A stretch of 64,000 nt of DNA from positions 620,001 through 684,000 of the forward strand of contig JAKMXF010000044.1 in NCBI GenBank assembly GCA_024704765.1, in the 5' to 3' direction. The number at the start of each line of letters is the position of its first letter. Within the stretch, counting starts at the first letter, position 1. The position numbers were made by a program, and so were the translations under genes. A model generated the notes under the pieces. It was given only the letters and a program-made list of their open reading frames with translations, had not been told where the DNA came from and searched no databases. Of this stretch, positions 24,727 to 36,042 are shown in pieces. Origin of the DNA: Oopsacas minuta. Taxonomy: Eukaryota > Animalia > Porifera.

Positions 24727-27700
24727 GAATTCGATAATGCAGAACGTATCCAAATATCCAAACCCAGAACAGAGGATAAATTCGGTGAGGCTATCAATGG
24801 AAAAGATACAGCTCCTAAATATTGCAGTGCACGATTTTCAAATTTGAACGTATTGAGAATAAGAACGAAAATATTAACCCAAGAACATATCTTAAGAAAA
24901 TCTACAGTTGTAATTACTGTTGACCTATCATGGTTGTATTACCAGTTAATTTCAATGATTCACAAATCATTACAGAGAGATGTACATGGGATTGTCTTTG
25001 AAAGTGTAGAATTATATTCTGCTACAGGATACCCATTAGCTCTGAACCCACCCAAATATTTTGAACAAATATCCAAATGGAATTTAGAACAAAATGATCT
25101 GTTGTACATTTACCCAAAGAAAATACAATCAGAGAAGATTATTTCTTATACACGATATAAGGATCCATTTCACATCAAAGTTAGAATTGAGAAGATGGAT
25201 GTTTCTATCCAAATAGAGTTACGCCATGTTGTGATATTCTGTTGTGATCTCAAAACTCTCATTTCTTTACAGCTCCATTTACCAGCAGAAATACTAACAT
25301 TGCAATTTCTTTACATTAATGACAACATAAAAGAAAAACCTGATGATAGATTGGAACTGGAGTTAAAGCAAGTTGAAGATGAACATATATTAATCTCAGT
25401 ACAAATACTAGAAAGTTTCTGGAAAGGTGATAGCTATCTGGGTGCATTCAAAAGTAGTTTATACACTAGTTGTATTCCTCAAAATATGAGTGATTGGGAT
25501 TGTTTCAATTGTTTACTTCTCTACTTATCCAGAGTTAAAACGAATATAGGCAGAGAACGCTTGTTGTCTATGCTAGGTCTTGTCCGTAGAATATCTTGTT
25601 CTCCTCCTTTAGTATTATCACTACATAGATTGCTCAACGAATCTAAACTATATCTCCCTCACAGAGTTGCTATTAATGAAGGTATCATCACCACTCTGTC
25701 TCTTCTCATTTCGGAATCTAATCCTGGAATAGAGAATTTCTCTATGTTTTGGATGTATTTAGAAAAGTATGCAGAGAATAAACATAAAGATACAGAAGTA
25801 TACGAGACACAATATATCTCGAAATACACTAGAGAGAGCCCTAAGGATCATGAAATAAAGAAACTACTACAAGCTTTCCCAGAAGCAGAAGATGTCATTG
25901 TCACTTGGAGAAACTGTCCTTCTGCTTATGAGCCATTTCTATACAGAGGATTATCTGTAACAGAATTCTCACAAAACAAAATTATGCAAAGATTCCCACT
26001 GAAACATCCCATTGAATTATACCAAGAATTCATCAATAACGGTGATAATTATGGGTTGTTACGGCCACCATCACAACTCAGTAGTTATTATATATTCCTC
26101 GGTCGTACAAAGGGAAGGTATGGATATTTCGACTTCTTTAATCCTAATGATGGAGAACGTGTTTCATGGAATCCTCAAGATAAAATCACTTCAGAAAATC
26201 TGCATATTGAAAACACCAAACAATACCAAATGCTGATAATCATCCTAGATATCAGTAAGGACATGGATTACGGATGTTATGAATATTCTGCTGGGCGTGA
26301 TGCTAAAGAACCAAACCTAATAACTAGTTCTTTAGAAATGGCATTAAGGATAATTGAACTGCTTGTGGACAGTTTGATAGGTTTGAATTGTAAATATTTG
26401 CTAAGTATTATTCTCATATCTAATAGTCACCAACAATTCATACGTGGCGTCAATGTGTTTCAACCGCTTACATTAGAATATGTTAAGACATTGCACAGAT
26501 TGAGAGAATTTTTAGAGACAACCCCTTTAAATGAGAATCCTTACAAGCGCAAGCCTTCACAAGGTATAATTGTTAACGCATTATTCCTTTTAGTAGATGA
26601 ATTTAAGCCATACGAGAATACTACTCAAGTTTTTCTACTTACAAATCATTATTCTGAACGTAAGTACTATGGTTCTAAACAAAACAGTATAGTACAGAAA
26701 TTGACTCATCATAAATTCGTATTAAATGCATTAATCTTATCTGATCATAAGTCTCACAATTTGTCAGAAATATGTGCAGCTACCAAAGGGAAATATTTCG
26801 ATCAGATCAATATAACAAATTTACAACAAAGTCACGAGAAAATATCCTCACACTATTTACTGGAATATTCTTCCCTAATTCAAGATATTGTAAATCCGTT
26901 AAACTTGGATAGCTATAAGATGATACTTTCTGATTTCAGTAAGAAACTCTCAAGCTCTGAGTCTGTATTAGAATCAGCTCAAACAAAAAAAGAAAAAGTA
27001 TATACTTATTTATTTCAATCCAAGAAGATTCCAAACATAATATACATATTAAAGCTTATATCCAACTACCTCAGAAGCCCTAATCCTTATTGTAAGATAT
27101 ATTCAATACATGATAATATTCTAAATTGGATTACTATCATCCAAGGACCTGAAAATTCTCCTTATCAAAAATCAATAATGTTTTTAGAATTCAGTTTTGG
27201 AATAGATTTCCCACGAAAACCTCCAACATTTCGTTTCCTCTCCTATCACTACCATCCAAATATCAGAAAAACTGGAGAAATTTGTCATCCCATCATAATT
27301 GAAGATTATCATCCTAATATTACTCTGAGACAGATGCTAGATTCTATATACGATATGCTATGTTTTCCTATTCCTTCTCACGCTGTCAGGTACAAAGTAT
27401 TTGAGATTTTTGTATTCTATTTTGATGTATTTAAAAGATTAGTAGAATCGTTTATAGAAGTTTTCGGATCACATTTAACCTTAACTGATTGTTTGCAAGA
27501 TTTATGTATCAAAGAATCATTGAATGTTCATCCAGAGCCATTTCTCTGTCCTCTCACAGGAGAATTATTCGACTCACCAATGATTACCCGAGAAGGTGAT
27601 TCCTATGAGCGTCATGCTATCCTACAGCATCTGAAACATCATCAATATGATCCTCTCACTAAAAAAATTCCTCTAACAGAAGCTGACTTAATACCGAATA

Positions 27701-27771
27701 CTGCATTGTTGAGTGCTGTTCATAAGTACAGAAAAAAGTGTTGTGAAAAAGAATACTGGTGGGAGCATTAA
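24727..27771 (+). CDS. Paralogue 2, main exon: 2x Ubl-like - helical - degenerate vWA - UBC (E2) - U-box
   Basis: ELYSATGYPL motif shared with paralogues 1 and 3; ILDISKDM; PPTFRFLSYHYHPNIRKTGEICHPI; FLCPLTGELFDSP...GDSYERHAI. The frame is open upstream of the track TTG (24844) to an acceptor CCAAAG at 24725-26. Confidence 0.88.
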   Translation, partial: EFDNAERIQISKPRTEDKFGEAINGKDTAPKYCSARFSNLNVLRIRTKILTQEHILRKSTVVITVDLSWLYYQLISMIHKSLQRDVHGIVFESVELYSATGYPLALNPPKYFEQISKWNLEQNDLLYIYPKKIQSEKIISYTRYKDPFHIKVRIEKMDVSIQIELRHVVIFCCDLKTLISLQLHLPAEILTLQFLYINDNIKEKPDDRLELELKQVEDEHILISVQILESFWKGDSYLGAFKSSLYTSCIPQNMSDWDCFNCLLLYLSRVKTNIGRERLLSMLGLVRRISCSPPLVLSLHRLLNESKLYLPHRVAINEGIITTLSLLISESNPGIENFSMFWMYLEKYAENKHKDTEVYETQYISKYTRESPKDHEIKKLLQAFPEAEDVIVTWRNCPSAYEPFLYRGLSVTEFSQNKIMQRFPLKHPIELYQEFINNGDNYGLLRPPSQLSSYYIFLGRTKGRYGYFDFFNPNDGERVSWNPQDKITSENLHIENTKQYQMLIIILDISKDMDYGCYEYSAGRDAKEPNLITSSLEMALRIIELLVDSLIGLNCKYLLSIILISNSHQQFIRGVNVFQPLTLEYVKTLHRLREFLETTPLNENPYKRKPSQGIIVNALFLLVDEFKPYENTTQVFLLTNHYSERKYYGSKQNSIVQKLTHHKFVLNALILSDHKSHNLSEICAATKGKYFDQINITNLQQSHEKISSHYLLEYSSLIQDIVNPLNLDSYKMILSDFSKKLSSSESVLESAQTKKEKVYTYLFQSKKIPNIIYILKLISNYLRSPNPYCKIYSIHDNILNWITIIQGPENSPYQKSIMFLEFSFGIDFPRKPPTFRFLSYHYHPNIRKTGEICHPIIIEDYHPNITLRQMLDSIYDMLCFPIPSHAVRYKVFEIFVFYFDVFKRLVESFIEVFGSHLTLTDCLQDLCIKESLNVHPEPFLCPLTGELFDSPMITREGDSYERHAILQHLKHHQYDPLTKKIPLTEADLIPNTALLSAVHKYRKKCCEKEYWWEH

Positions 27772-29897
27772 TGGATTGCTTTAAATGTGACTTTCTTATA
27801 TTTTTAAGACTTTATATTCTATTTATAATTGACTCTGCCTTTAACAGATTTCACGGATAGATTTTCAAAAAGTTGACAACCATGCGATTCCCTGTAGCAC
27901 ATGATTGTTGTCACAAATAAATTGCTGGAGGTATAAGCGCAGAACCTTCTCGAGCCCCCTCCTTTGGTTATAGAGCTAATACAAAATATATGTGTGAGAC
28001 CCCTGGATCGTTCGAATTTTTATCAAGTTCGGCGCCCCTGGCCTGAGTGTACTAGGAATCTCCAGCAACCTATTTAGTATGACAATTATGGAGTTTCGGA
28101 GGGATTCGTATCTAACATAATATACATCATCCACAACTCATGGTTAATTAAGTACACTAGCATATAATAGGACCATTTGTTGTCCACATACTCCTTCATT
28201 CGCTCTTTCTATCTCTGCCATGTCAGAGAATTACAAAATCTTTGCCCAGCTTATAGAATCCAAATATTAGTTACTTATCGATAATCATCAACGGTTTTAA
28301 CATACACCTCAAGTGGTTAGACAAGCATTTAGGGTATTCATACCAGACGTCCTGAGTCCGAGCATGAAACAGATTTGTCCTGATTTGTAGATTTTTTATT
28401 CTAGCGAAGTATTATAGTCAATTAATTGTACAATTGCCTTTTGTTAAGTTTCCTAGTTATCACTAACCACATTAATGAGACAATCCCAATAAATGCTTGG
28501 GTTTTTCAAAATTTTATAATATGCTCAATTACAGTAGAACCTCCCAAAAGGGTGTTTGGACTCGGGGTGTAGAGTCAGGCTTCATACCGAGAGCCCCCTT
28601 TGGAAATACCCCACTTCTGACATACACGAATTTTACTGTTATTTTCGTTCATTTTAATGAGATTTACCCCCTTCATATTTACAATATATATTCAGGCTGC
28701 CTGCTCATGGGATTTGAGGTTAGAGAGGTTATCGAATATTCTAAGTCCAAATATGATATTGTAAACAACATTTCATAAATATTTTTCACTTTTGGGTGAC
28801 AAAAAGTAAGCAGATTACAGACTATGGTAGTATCATGTTTGCTACGGTTAATATTATGATTTTATGTACTCGAGGGCCGTAGACCCGAGTGCCGCCGCGA
28901 AGTGTTCGCAACCGCGTACTCTTTAATGAAAGTTTATACATTTGTAAAATTGCAAGATGAAAGAAATTATGTACACATATGTATAATCACGAATTCCTCA
29001 AGTAATATATACGACGAAATGAATACTTTCGTGATCATTATATGTGTGCACAATGATATCCGGGCGTTTCGGCCCCACGAGTGAATTCGTCCTACAGTAT
29101 CCAGAATTCCAGATAGAGAGCTTGACAAGTTTTTGATTGGAATTCAAGTATATTTGATTGTGGAAGGGTCTAAGGTGATAAAGGAATGAATAAGGGCAAA
29201 AGTTTGGTTGGATTTAGTAAGCAGAGGAGTGATTTAAGTGAATAAGAAGATAAGTTTAGCTATAAATAGTATGCAGAATGATGTTTTAATTGGAATGTCT
29301 TCAGGCCGAATTTAGGCAGAATTAGATTGAGGCCGAATCCCCATGTAATTCACACAATTTCTTTCATCATGTAGGTTCACAAACGTTCAGACTTTTTATT
29401 AAATATGGAAACAAATTTACGCTGTAATATTAATTCGATATAGGATCAGAAATGTATTATATTGCCCAAATTCAGGGGCGGCTGGGGCAGCCTGAGCCGC
29501 CCCACCTTTTATGTGAAACTCTTGGTACTTAAAATTTCGCGGGTGTGGTTCGCGATATTATATTTGTGATCTTTTGATAATTCAATTTTTATATTTGAGT
29601 AATGAGTTCAAGCCGGAGGATCTTATATAGTAAAATTAAAATTTGTTATAGATTACTAAGAGCCTTTGGCTCGTCGCTTCGCGATGAACTCTACCCATTG
29701 CGCCTCGAGGTATCCATTATTCTCCAAATTGATGGCCCCATTGAGTATTATAATATAGATATATTTAGAACAATGTCAATCAAAAATATACTTATATTGC
29801 ACATATATTATTGAAATATTTGTAAGATCAACCCCCCTTGTATCCGCTGAGAGCAACTACCTAAGTAAATTTGAGATATTGCTAATTGTTTCCTGTA

Positions 29898-31272
29898 CAG
29901 TCTGTTTCAAAAGTATTGGCAGTAGTTCATATTTCATATTTCCTAAGCCTATTCAATTGTGTGATTGTATTATCTATTGATCTTGACGATATTGCATACT
30001 TAGATAGTCATCATGAAATTTATCATTAATCATGATAGACTTTCTTAATGTTTACCTCGATTCAGATATTTGAAACGGGGAATTTTGAGGCATAAAATTT
30101 CCCACCGCCACAGCTGCCAATTTGATCTCATTTAATAAAACAAATTATATTTTAGCCCTATTTGTAGCTAAATGTCGCAATTAGAACAGGGAGGAAAATC
30201 AAAATATTTATTGATGCAGGTATTACTTCAGCGAAGGAAATCTCTGCTAAAACAGGGATACCATTGAGGACAATTTTTCGTATAAAATCTATACTTCGTG
30301 AAGGCAAAAGCATAACACATAAAAGTGTTAGTGGGCGTCCCAAGGCTATCACATATTCACACAAACAATCAATTATACGAACGTTAAATTATCATTCTAA
30401 GATCTCTATACGTTCTGTACACGCGAATCTCTCTTCCAATACACCGATGCTCCGTCAACTTCAACATTTTACCGGGCAACTCGTGCTTGTGGATTTAACT
30501 TTAAACAACCTGTTATGGGACCATTCATTACCCCATTAATAGCTAAAAACAGAGTTGAATGGTGTAAAGATCATGTGAATTATTGTTGGGAGAATGTATT
30601 CTTCACAGACGAATGTTCTATTTGGTTAAATCGGGGTAGTGTTGGCATGTGGACTAAAGCAAAAGAAAATCCTATTCTGAAGGTTCAACGGCACACACCA
30701 AAATTACACGTTTGAGGAGGGATTTCTTCCATGGGAACCACTATATTGAAGATACTTACTTCTAATTTTGTCTCCAAATTGTATATTGATACTCTGAATG
30801 AGTGTTTAATCAGAACAGCTGATGTTTACTATCCTGAGGGATGGATTCTGCAGGAAGACAATTCCCCAGTTCATAAATCTAAGCTCAGCAAAGAGTGGAA
30901 AGATAGTGAAAATATTCTAGTATTGGATTGGCCTGCCTATTCTCCATACTTATATCCAATTGAGAACATCTGGGGAGTCCTAAAGCAGAGGTTGTCAAAG
31001 AGACCTCTCAATAACTTGGCTGATTTAGAAGTAGCTATAATTTACGAATGGGAGACTTTTACCCCCGATTTCCTGAAAAATTTTATATTATCTATGCCTA
31101 ACCGTGTAAATATGTGCATAAATTCGGGAGGGGAGAAGATTAATTACTGAAATTTTGTTTACAGATTTATCTTACCCGTAGAATTTCGTAGTATCATTAT
31201 CTATTTGCTATTTGTTCCAATTTCTGAAATATTAATATTATAATTTACTGCCAATACTTTTGAAACAGACTG
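29898..31272 (+). mobile_element. Tc1 (D,D34E) DNA transposon, full length, inactivated transposase
   Basis: Perfect 27-bp TIRs CAGTCTGTTTCAAAAGTATTGGCAGTA with TA TSDs. Transposase from ATG ~30172 has frameshifts and a TGA at 30713; motifs SGRP, FTDEC, QEDNSPVH and WPAYSPYLYPIE. Confidence 0.95.
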
Positions 31273-31439
31273 TATATTATTAAAAACAACAATATATTTA
31301 CATATCGACGGACAAACAAACAAACAAACGAACAACAATTGAGATTTAAAATATAGATGTTGTTTACAATACCATATTCGGACTCAGCATACTGGAATAC
31401 TCCAGTATAGTCATTGAAAGTATGATTCTACCTCAATCT

Positions 31440-31673
31440 TGAAATTTGTTTACTTATATCATAAAACAACAATAAATTTACATATGAGTAATCCAAAAGT
31501 GTGAAAATCGGATTCAGCATGTTCGATATATTTTTTGAAGTTTTATTGAGTTCTATTTACTTCCTTGATAAACACGAAAAATACATAGTTATGCGACAAT
31601 TTCAAAATTGCATACCGTAAATCCTTTCCTTGACAACGGGCAAACAACAACAATTGTGGTTTAATAATATAGA
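31440..31673 (-). mobile_element. Helitron-like non-autonomous repeat copy (5' part)
   Basis: Begins A|TCTATATTATTAAA on the minus strand; same family as 32104-32480, 42887-43246 and 46940-47154. A short 5' fragment is also at ~31305-31357. Confidence 0.6.
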
Positions 31674-32103
31674 TATTACAGAATTAGATATATTTATTTG
31701 ATCACTTAGTTTGAACTGCCATAACTTAGGCTCAACTTTAATTTGCATTGAGAACAAATGTAATCTCTAGGGGAGTTGTTCTCTTAATCTATATTGGAGG
31801 GGTTCTCGATCCCCTCCAATTCACTTTATTTACTCTACGATCATCACAATTCAAGGCCGCCCCACCTAAAGCGAGCTTCCGCCGTGCCTGTGCCCAATAG
31901 CAACAATATAATGTTTGGGCAAACATTTATCTCCCGATTCAGACTGGGGTATTGATTTGATTAGTCCCTTGAGTAAATTTGAAATTATTTTCAATAACTT
32001 GGGTATATTCGGAATATCTATAGAAAGTTGAGTAGTCTTGAATATTATAAACATTTTTCGAAAAACTTGGGCATTTTTAAGATTTACCTTATATACGTAT
32101 ATA

Positions 32104-32480
32104 TCTATATTATTAAATCTCAATTGTTGATTGTTTGTTTGTTTGTCCTTTGTCAAGGAAGGATTTATGGTATGCAATTTGAAATTGTTGCATAACTATG
32201 TAATTTCGTGTTTATCAAGGTAGTAAATAGAATTCAATAAAAACTTCACTAAATACATTAAAGATGTGGAATCCGATTTTCACACTTTTGGATTAATCAT
32301 ATGTAAATTTATTGTTGTGTTTATATATATAATGTAAAAAACTTGTTGAAATATACTTAACATAAATTTATTAATACAAATTTGCAATTGTATATTTTGA
32401 TAAATTCGAGGCACGAAGTGCCGAGTCTCATGCTAACACAAAGTGTTCGTAAGCCGTGCAGTACCAGCAAGCGAAGCAGC
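32104..32480 (+). mobile_element. Helitron-like non-autonomous repeat copy (near complete)
   Basis: A|TCTATATTATTAAA 5' end, (TTTG)n tract, GTCAAGGAAAGGATTTA core and 3' hairpin GGCAC-GAA-GTGCC. Confidence 0.65.
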
Positions 32481-32849
32481 TCCTATATATATATTAATTG
32501 CGTTTTAATAGTATAGATGGCAGTGCTCGACGAATCCAGTGCTTTGGTGGCTATAGCCACCAGAATTTTTTCTTAAGCCACCAAAAAATATTGTATTTTG
32601 GCTTAGTAATGCTAGATGGTGGATAGTCATCAATTTTGTCGAGCGCTGATAGATGGGTCATTATCAGGGCTCTCAAGTCTCAACCTGGAAACTTCGTCAT
32701 AAATTTCAACATTTTATCGTGATACATGCAATTTAGGTACTAATTAGTTTTCTATAGTATTTGTATACTCGAAATCGTGAGAGTTGAGACCCCTGCATTA
32801 TAATTGTTGGACATACGTATGCTCCATTACAGCAGTTTATTTCAACAGC

Positions 32850-34088
32850 ATGGCTGAGAGGAAGTATGATTTGCTCCTCTACAACACTAACAAGTATAAT
32901 CAAGATCAGCCTAAGCCTCAGCCATGGTACAAAGAGCGTATACAAACTAAATTCCTACAGGCACACCGATCACTAGCACTTGATTCTTCTCAATGGAAAC
33001 TATTCAAGAACAATCCAGATGATTTTAGAGATGGAATCCCTCCCTCCTCTGAAGATATTCTATCTCCAAACTCATCTCATCTCCACCTCCCACTGATACA
33101 CATAACCAAAACACCTAACTCTATTCCATCGCCTAATTGGGAAGGGAAGAAGATAAGAAAGAAAGATGCTCTCTACTGCAGAGCTCTCCCCGCTCAACAG
33201 AAGCGTAGAGAATATATACAAGCTCTTGAGGTTGAGTTAACCTCGCATCCTACACAACTGTATCCTCATCTGATGGAGGCAATACCGCACCAGTTACAAT
33301 CTCGTTATAATGACGTCATATCTACAGACAGTTCTGCTCCTTTTACAGATAAACATAAGAGTATTACGTCACCCCTCGATTGTCCTACACCCTCCTCCTC
33401 TAAGAAATCATATCTCTCTTCAGCTACAAGTGAGGTTCAGTCAGAGATAGAATTAGGGGAGCTATACAGATTTCCTTCTCTCAAATCTACGAACAGAAGC
33501 AGATCTGTTTCCTCTGATTGTGAGCCAGTAGAGTCACGGGAAACAGATGAGCTTACTCTCCTTACTGAGGATCTATGCTCATGGGCTAATCACCTGAGTG
33601 ATAATGATGATTCCTTAGAACCCTCTCATATACGAGCTCTCTTCAGTAATACTTTTGATAACAACAAACTGGCAACTCTGGCACCAGTACAAGTTGTAGA
33701 TCTATCTAACATACCTGGAGAACTCAAAGTAACACTAATAGACACAAATGAAAGGAACGATACTCAACTCAACAAACCCTGGCAGCCGAATTCTGTCAGC
33801 TGTCAAATAGTACCTGCTAAACCTGTCCGTACCAAATACGGTGAGTGGTATATACCGGTACATTTGTGGAGAGCCCGACCTAAACACGAGCATCTTAACC
33901 TTCCCAGTATCCAGGAGCGGGAGCAGAGTAGGAAGATAGGGAGGATGGCAGAGCTAGATAAGGAGATATCAGAGTTACACAGTGCTTCTCTCTTCCTCAA
34001 ACATCTACAAAAGAAGTCATATAGTAATCAGAAGGTACATATCCCATCCTTCTTGGGGCTCAGAGAACGTAACTCTCTATCCAGCTAG
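32850..34088 (+). CDS. FAM47: FAM47-like protein
   Basis: LDSSQWKLFKNNPDDFRDG, QQKRREYIQALEVELTSHPTQLYPHL and KYGEWYIPVHLW match FAM47-family blocks. The likely start is MAERK at 32850 rather than the track's 32784. Confidence 0.7.
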   Translation: MAERKYDLLLYNTNKYNQDQPKPQPWYKERIQTKFLQAHRSLALDSSQWKLFKNNPDDFRDGIPPSSEDILSPNSSHLHLPLIHITKTPNSIPSPNWEGKKIRKKDALYCRALPAQQKRREYIQALEVELTSHPTQLYPHLMEAIPHQLQSRYNDVISTDSSAPFTDKHKSITSPLDCPTPSSSKKSYLSSATSEVQSEIELGELYRFPSLKSTNRSRSVSSDCEPVESRETDELTLLTEDLCSWANHLSDNDDSLEPSHIRALFSNTFDNNKLATLAPVQVVDLSNIPGELKVTLIDTNERNDTQLNKPWQPNSVSCQIVPAKPVRTKYGEWYIPVHLWRARPKHEHLNLPSIQEREQSRKIGRMAELDKEISELHSASLFLKHLQKKSYSNQKVHIPSFLGLRERNSLSS

Positions 34089-34157
34089 TAATCATATAAC
34101 TCATAACATTCTGTATTGTATTATCACTCACTTACTGCACTGTATACTATCAAAATA

Positions 34158-34240
34158 AGTACAACCTCGATTATCCGAACTCGTTGGGACTGGTCAAAAG
34201 CGTTCGGATAACAACAATTCGGATAATCAAGGTAACACTG
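34158..34240. mobile_element. pogo/Tigger-like MITE, degenerate
   Basis: AGTACAACCTCGATTATCCGAA ... TTCGGATAATCAAGGTAACACTG imperfect TIRs. Confidence 0.5.
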
Positions 34241-34268
34241 ATTATTATTATATAATATACGTATAGCG

Positions 34269-34734
34269 TAGGGTGACTATTGTACAGGATTTTAGCCCAA
34301 ATTCGTATTTGTTCAGGCATATAATGCTCTGGTCCAGGATTTAGTACATAAGTACAGGATTCTCGAGATTATAATTAGAGATCAACGCCTAGGAGATGTT
34401 AAATTTACTCAAAGTACGAATCATCACTCATTTTAGGACCTATATGCTTATGGTATATAATCTTACTTTAGCTATGCCTGTCACTTTTCTGAAAGATATA
34501 CGGGAACTTCTTAAACTGGCTATCAATATGAGCGGGCAACCATGTTAGATGAGATTTTACGCTATTTCTATTACAAAATACACATGCATCCATTTATAGT
34601 TTTATACATATACTTGTCAAATAATATAGTATCCAGGACTTGTGATGGATTTTCAAGATTGTGTCCGGGAAAATCAAGGATTTCTCGGTGATTCATTTGT
34701 CAAGGATTTGAACCAAAACCATTTGGTCACCCTA
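34269..34734. mobile_element. Non-autonomous hAT-type element
   Basis: TIRs TAGGGTGAC / GTCACCCTA; perfect 8-bp TSD GTATAGCG (34261-68 and 34735-42). Confidence 0.9.
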
Positions 34735-34775
34735 GTATAGCGTATGAATAATACTTTGCTTATTTATTTAGATAA

Positions 34776-35717
34776 ATGTCTGAGTCTACGCATAAGAAGA
34801 GCATTGAATTGATAGACGCAATAGAAGCTATTCTACAACACAAATCATGTCCTCTCTCACTCGACTATCTATCTCTTAAACTACAGAAGAAGTATACTAT
34901 GAAATCAGTTCAGAGGACAGCATTCGTTAACATGGTACATACTGAAATATCAAAATATCCGCACAGAATATATTCTATTGAGAATGGACTGTATGTACTC
35001 GCTAATCCTCCGCTACATGAGCGTAGTACTCTCATCCTACCTGAGACTCAAAGTAACGTGTATTCAGAATCTGAATCTACTCGTAGTGACTCTGTACAGG
35101 TACCAGGTTGTGATGAAGAGCTGGAGATTTACCGACTGACACAGGAAGTAGCTTTGCTTAGAGAAGTTACCACCGGCTGTCTGGCATGGAATCACAGTCT
35201 AGTTGGAGTTATTAGTGATCGTAGGAGAGAACTACAAGAGGTAAATACAGACGTGAATCTGTTACTCGCATATCATCATACTATGAAGGAGACTAAACCA
35301 AAGAGTTATCCTCACAAGAAGAAATATAACAAGAAATACGGAAAGAGTACCAGGAAGTTATCTGCTTCTGGGAAGAGAAATAAAAAACGGATAATGGCCT
35401 CAGAAAGAAAGCACAAACTTAAAGTTATGTCTGTCAAGAAATCCAAATTAAATTCTACTTCAAAGAATCCTATATCTTCTCCTTATAAGCTCAATTCCCG
35501 TAGAAATTCTCCTCAATCAAGTGAGGAGTTTCCCTCTAATCATAACTCTCAGACTAATTCTTCTGGAGCTACTAATTACACTATACCATGTCATTCTCCT
35601 TCCCCTACCCCACTCTTAGATACCACTGATAATTCTGAATCTGTAATTCCTACAATATTTGACGAGAATTCTACTTCTAACAACAAGGAAGATATTACTT
35701 CAAGTGATTCTGATTAA
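34776..35717 (+). CDS. Protein with N-terminal HARE-HTH-like winged helix, coiled coil, and Lys- and Ser-rich tail (313 aa)
   Basis: LIDAIEAILQHKSCPLS...MVHTEISKYPHRIYSIENGLYVL follows the ASXL/HARE-HTH pattern by eye; the basic tail is NLS-like. Confidence 0.5.
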   Translation: MSESTHKKSIELIDAIEAILQHKSCPLSLDYLSLKLQKKYTMKSVQRTAFVNMVHTEISKYPHRIYSIENGLYVLANPPLHERSTLILPETQSNVYSESESTRSDSVQVPGCDEELEIYRLTQEVALLREVTTGCLAWNHSLVGVISDRRRELQEVNTDVNLLLAYHHTMKETKPKSYPHKKKYNKKYGKSTRKLSASGKRNKKRIMASERKHKLKVMSVKKSKLNSTSKNPISSPYKLNSRRNSPQSSEEFPSNHNSQTNSSGATNYTIPCHSPSPTPLLDTTDNSESVIPTIFDENSTSNNKEDITSSDSD

Positions 35718-36042
35718 ATGATGGGTGTAACCGAATTAACATTTCAATAGTTTGAAAGATTCTACAAATTTCGAAAGTGCACCACAATTCAAAAAGGTTG
35801 AGGATTACAAACTTAATGCTACCATAACATGTCCAATAAATATCACAAGCAACATAATTTGATAATCAAACAGATTTGGTTCATTTTTCCAGAATATGTA
35901 AAATGATACCCTGAATCTTTGTATTCTCTATTCTAATTATTGGATTGTTGTATTTATAGAATCTTTCATTGTTATTTATATAAAAGCCTTTATTGGATTG
36001 ATTTAGATATTACTAACCATCTACATACATAGCTGCGCATCA

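Noticed and set aside
28305-28365. tRNA gene (A-box-like AGTGGTTAG and B-box-like CCTGAGTCCGAG)
   Set aside because: No cloverleaf with an acceptor stem could be built; at best a tRNA-derived SINE relic.
29898-31272. Active Tc1 or programmed frameshifting
   Set aside because: At least two frameshifts plus an in-frame TGA, with no slippery sites evident; ordinary decay despite perfect TIRs.
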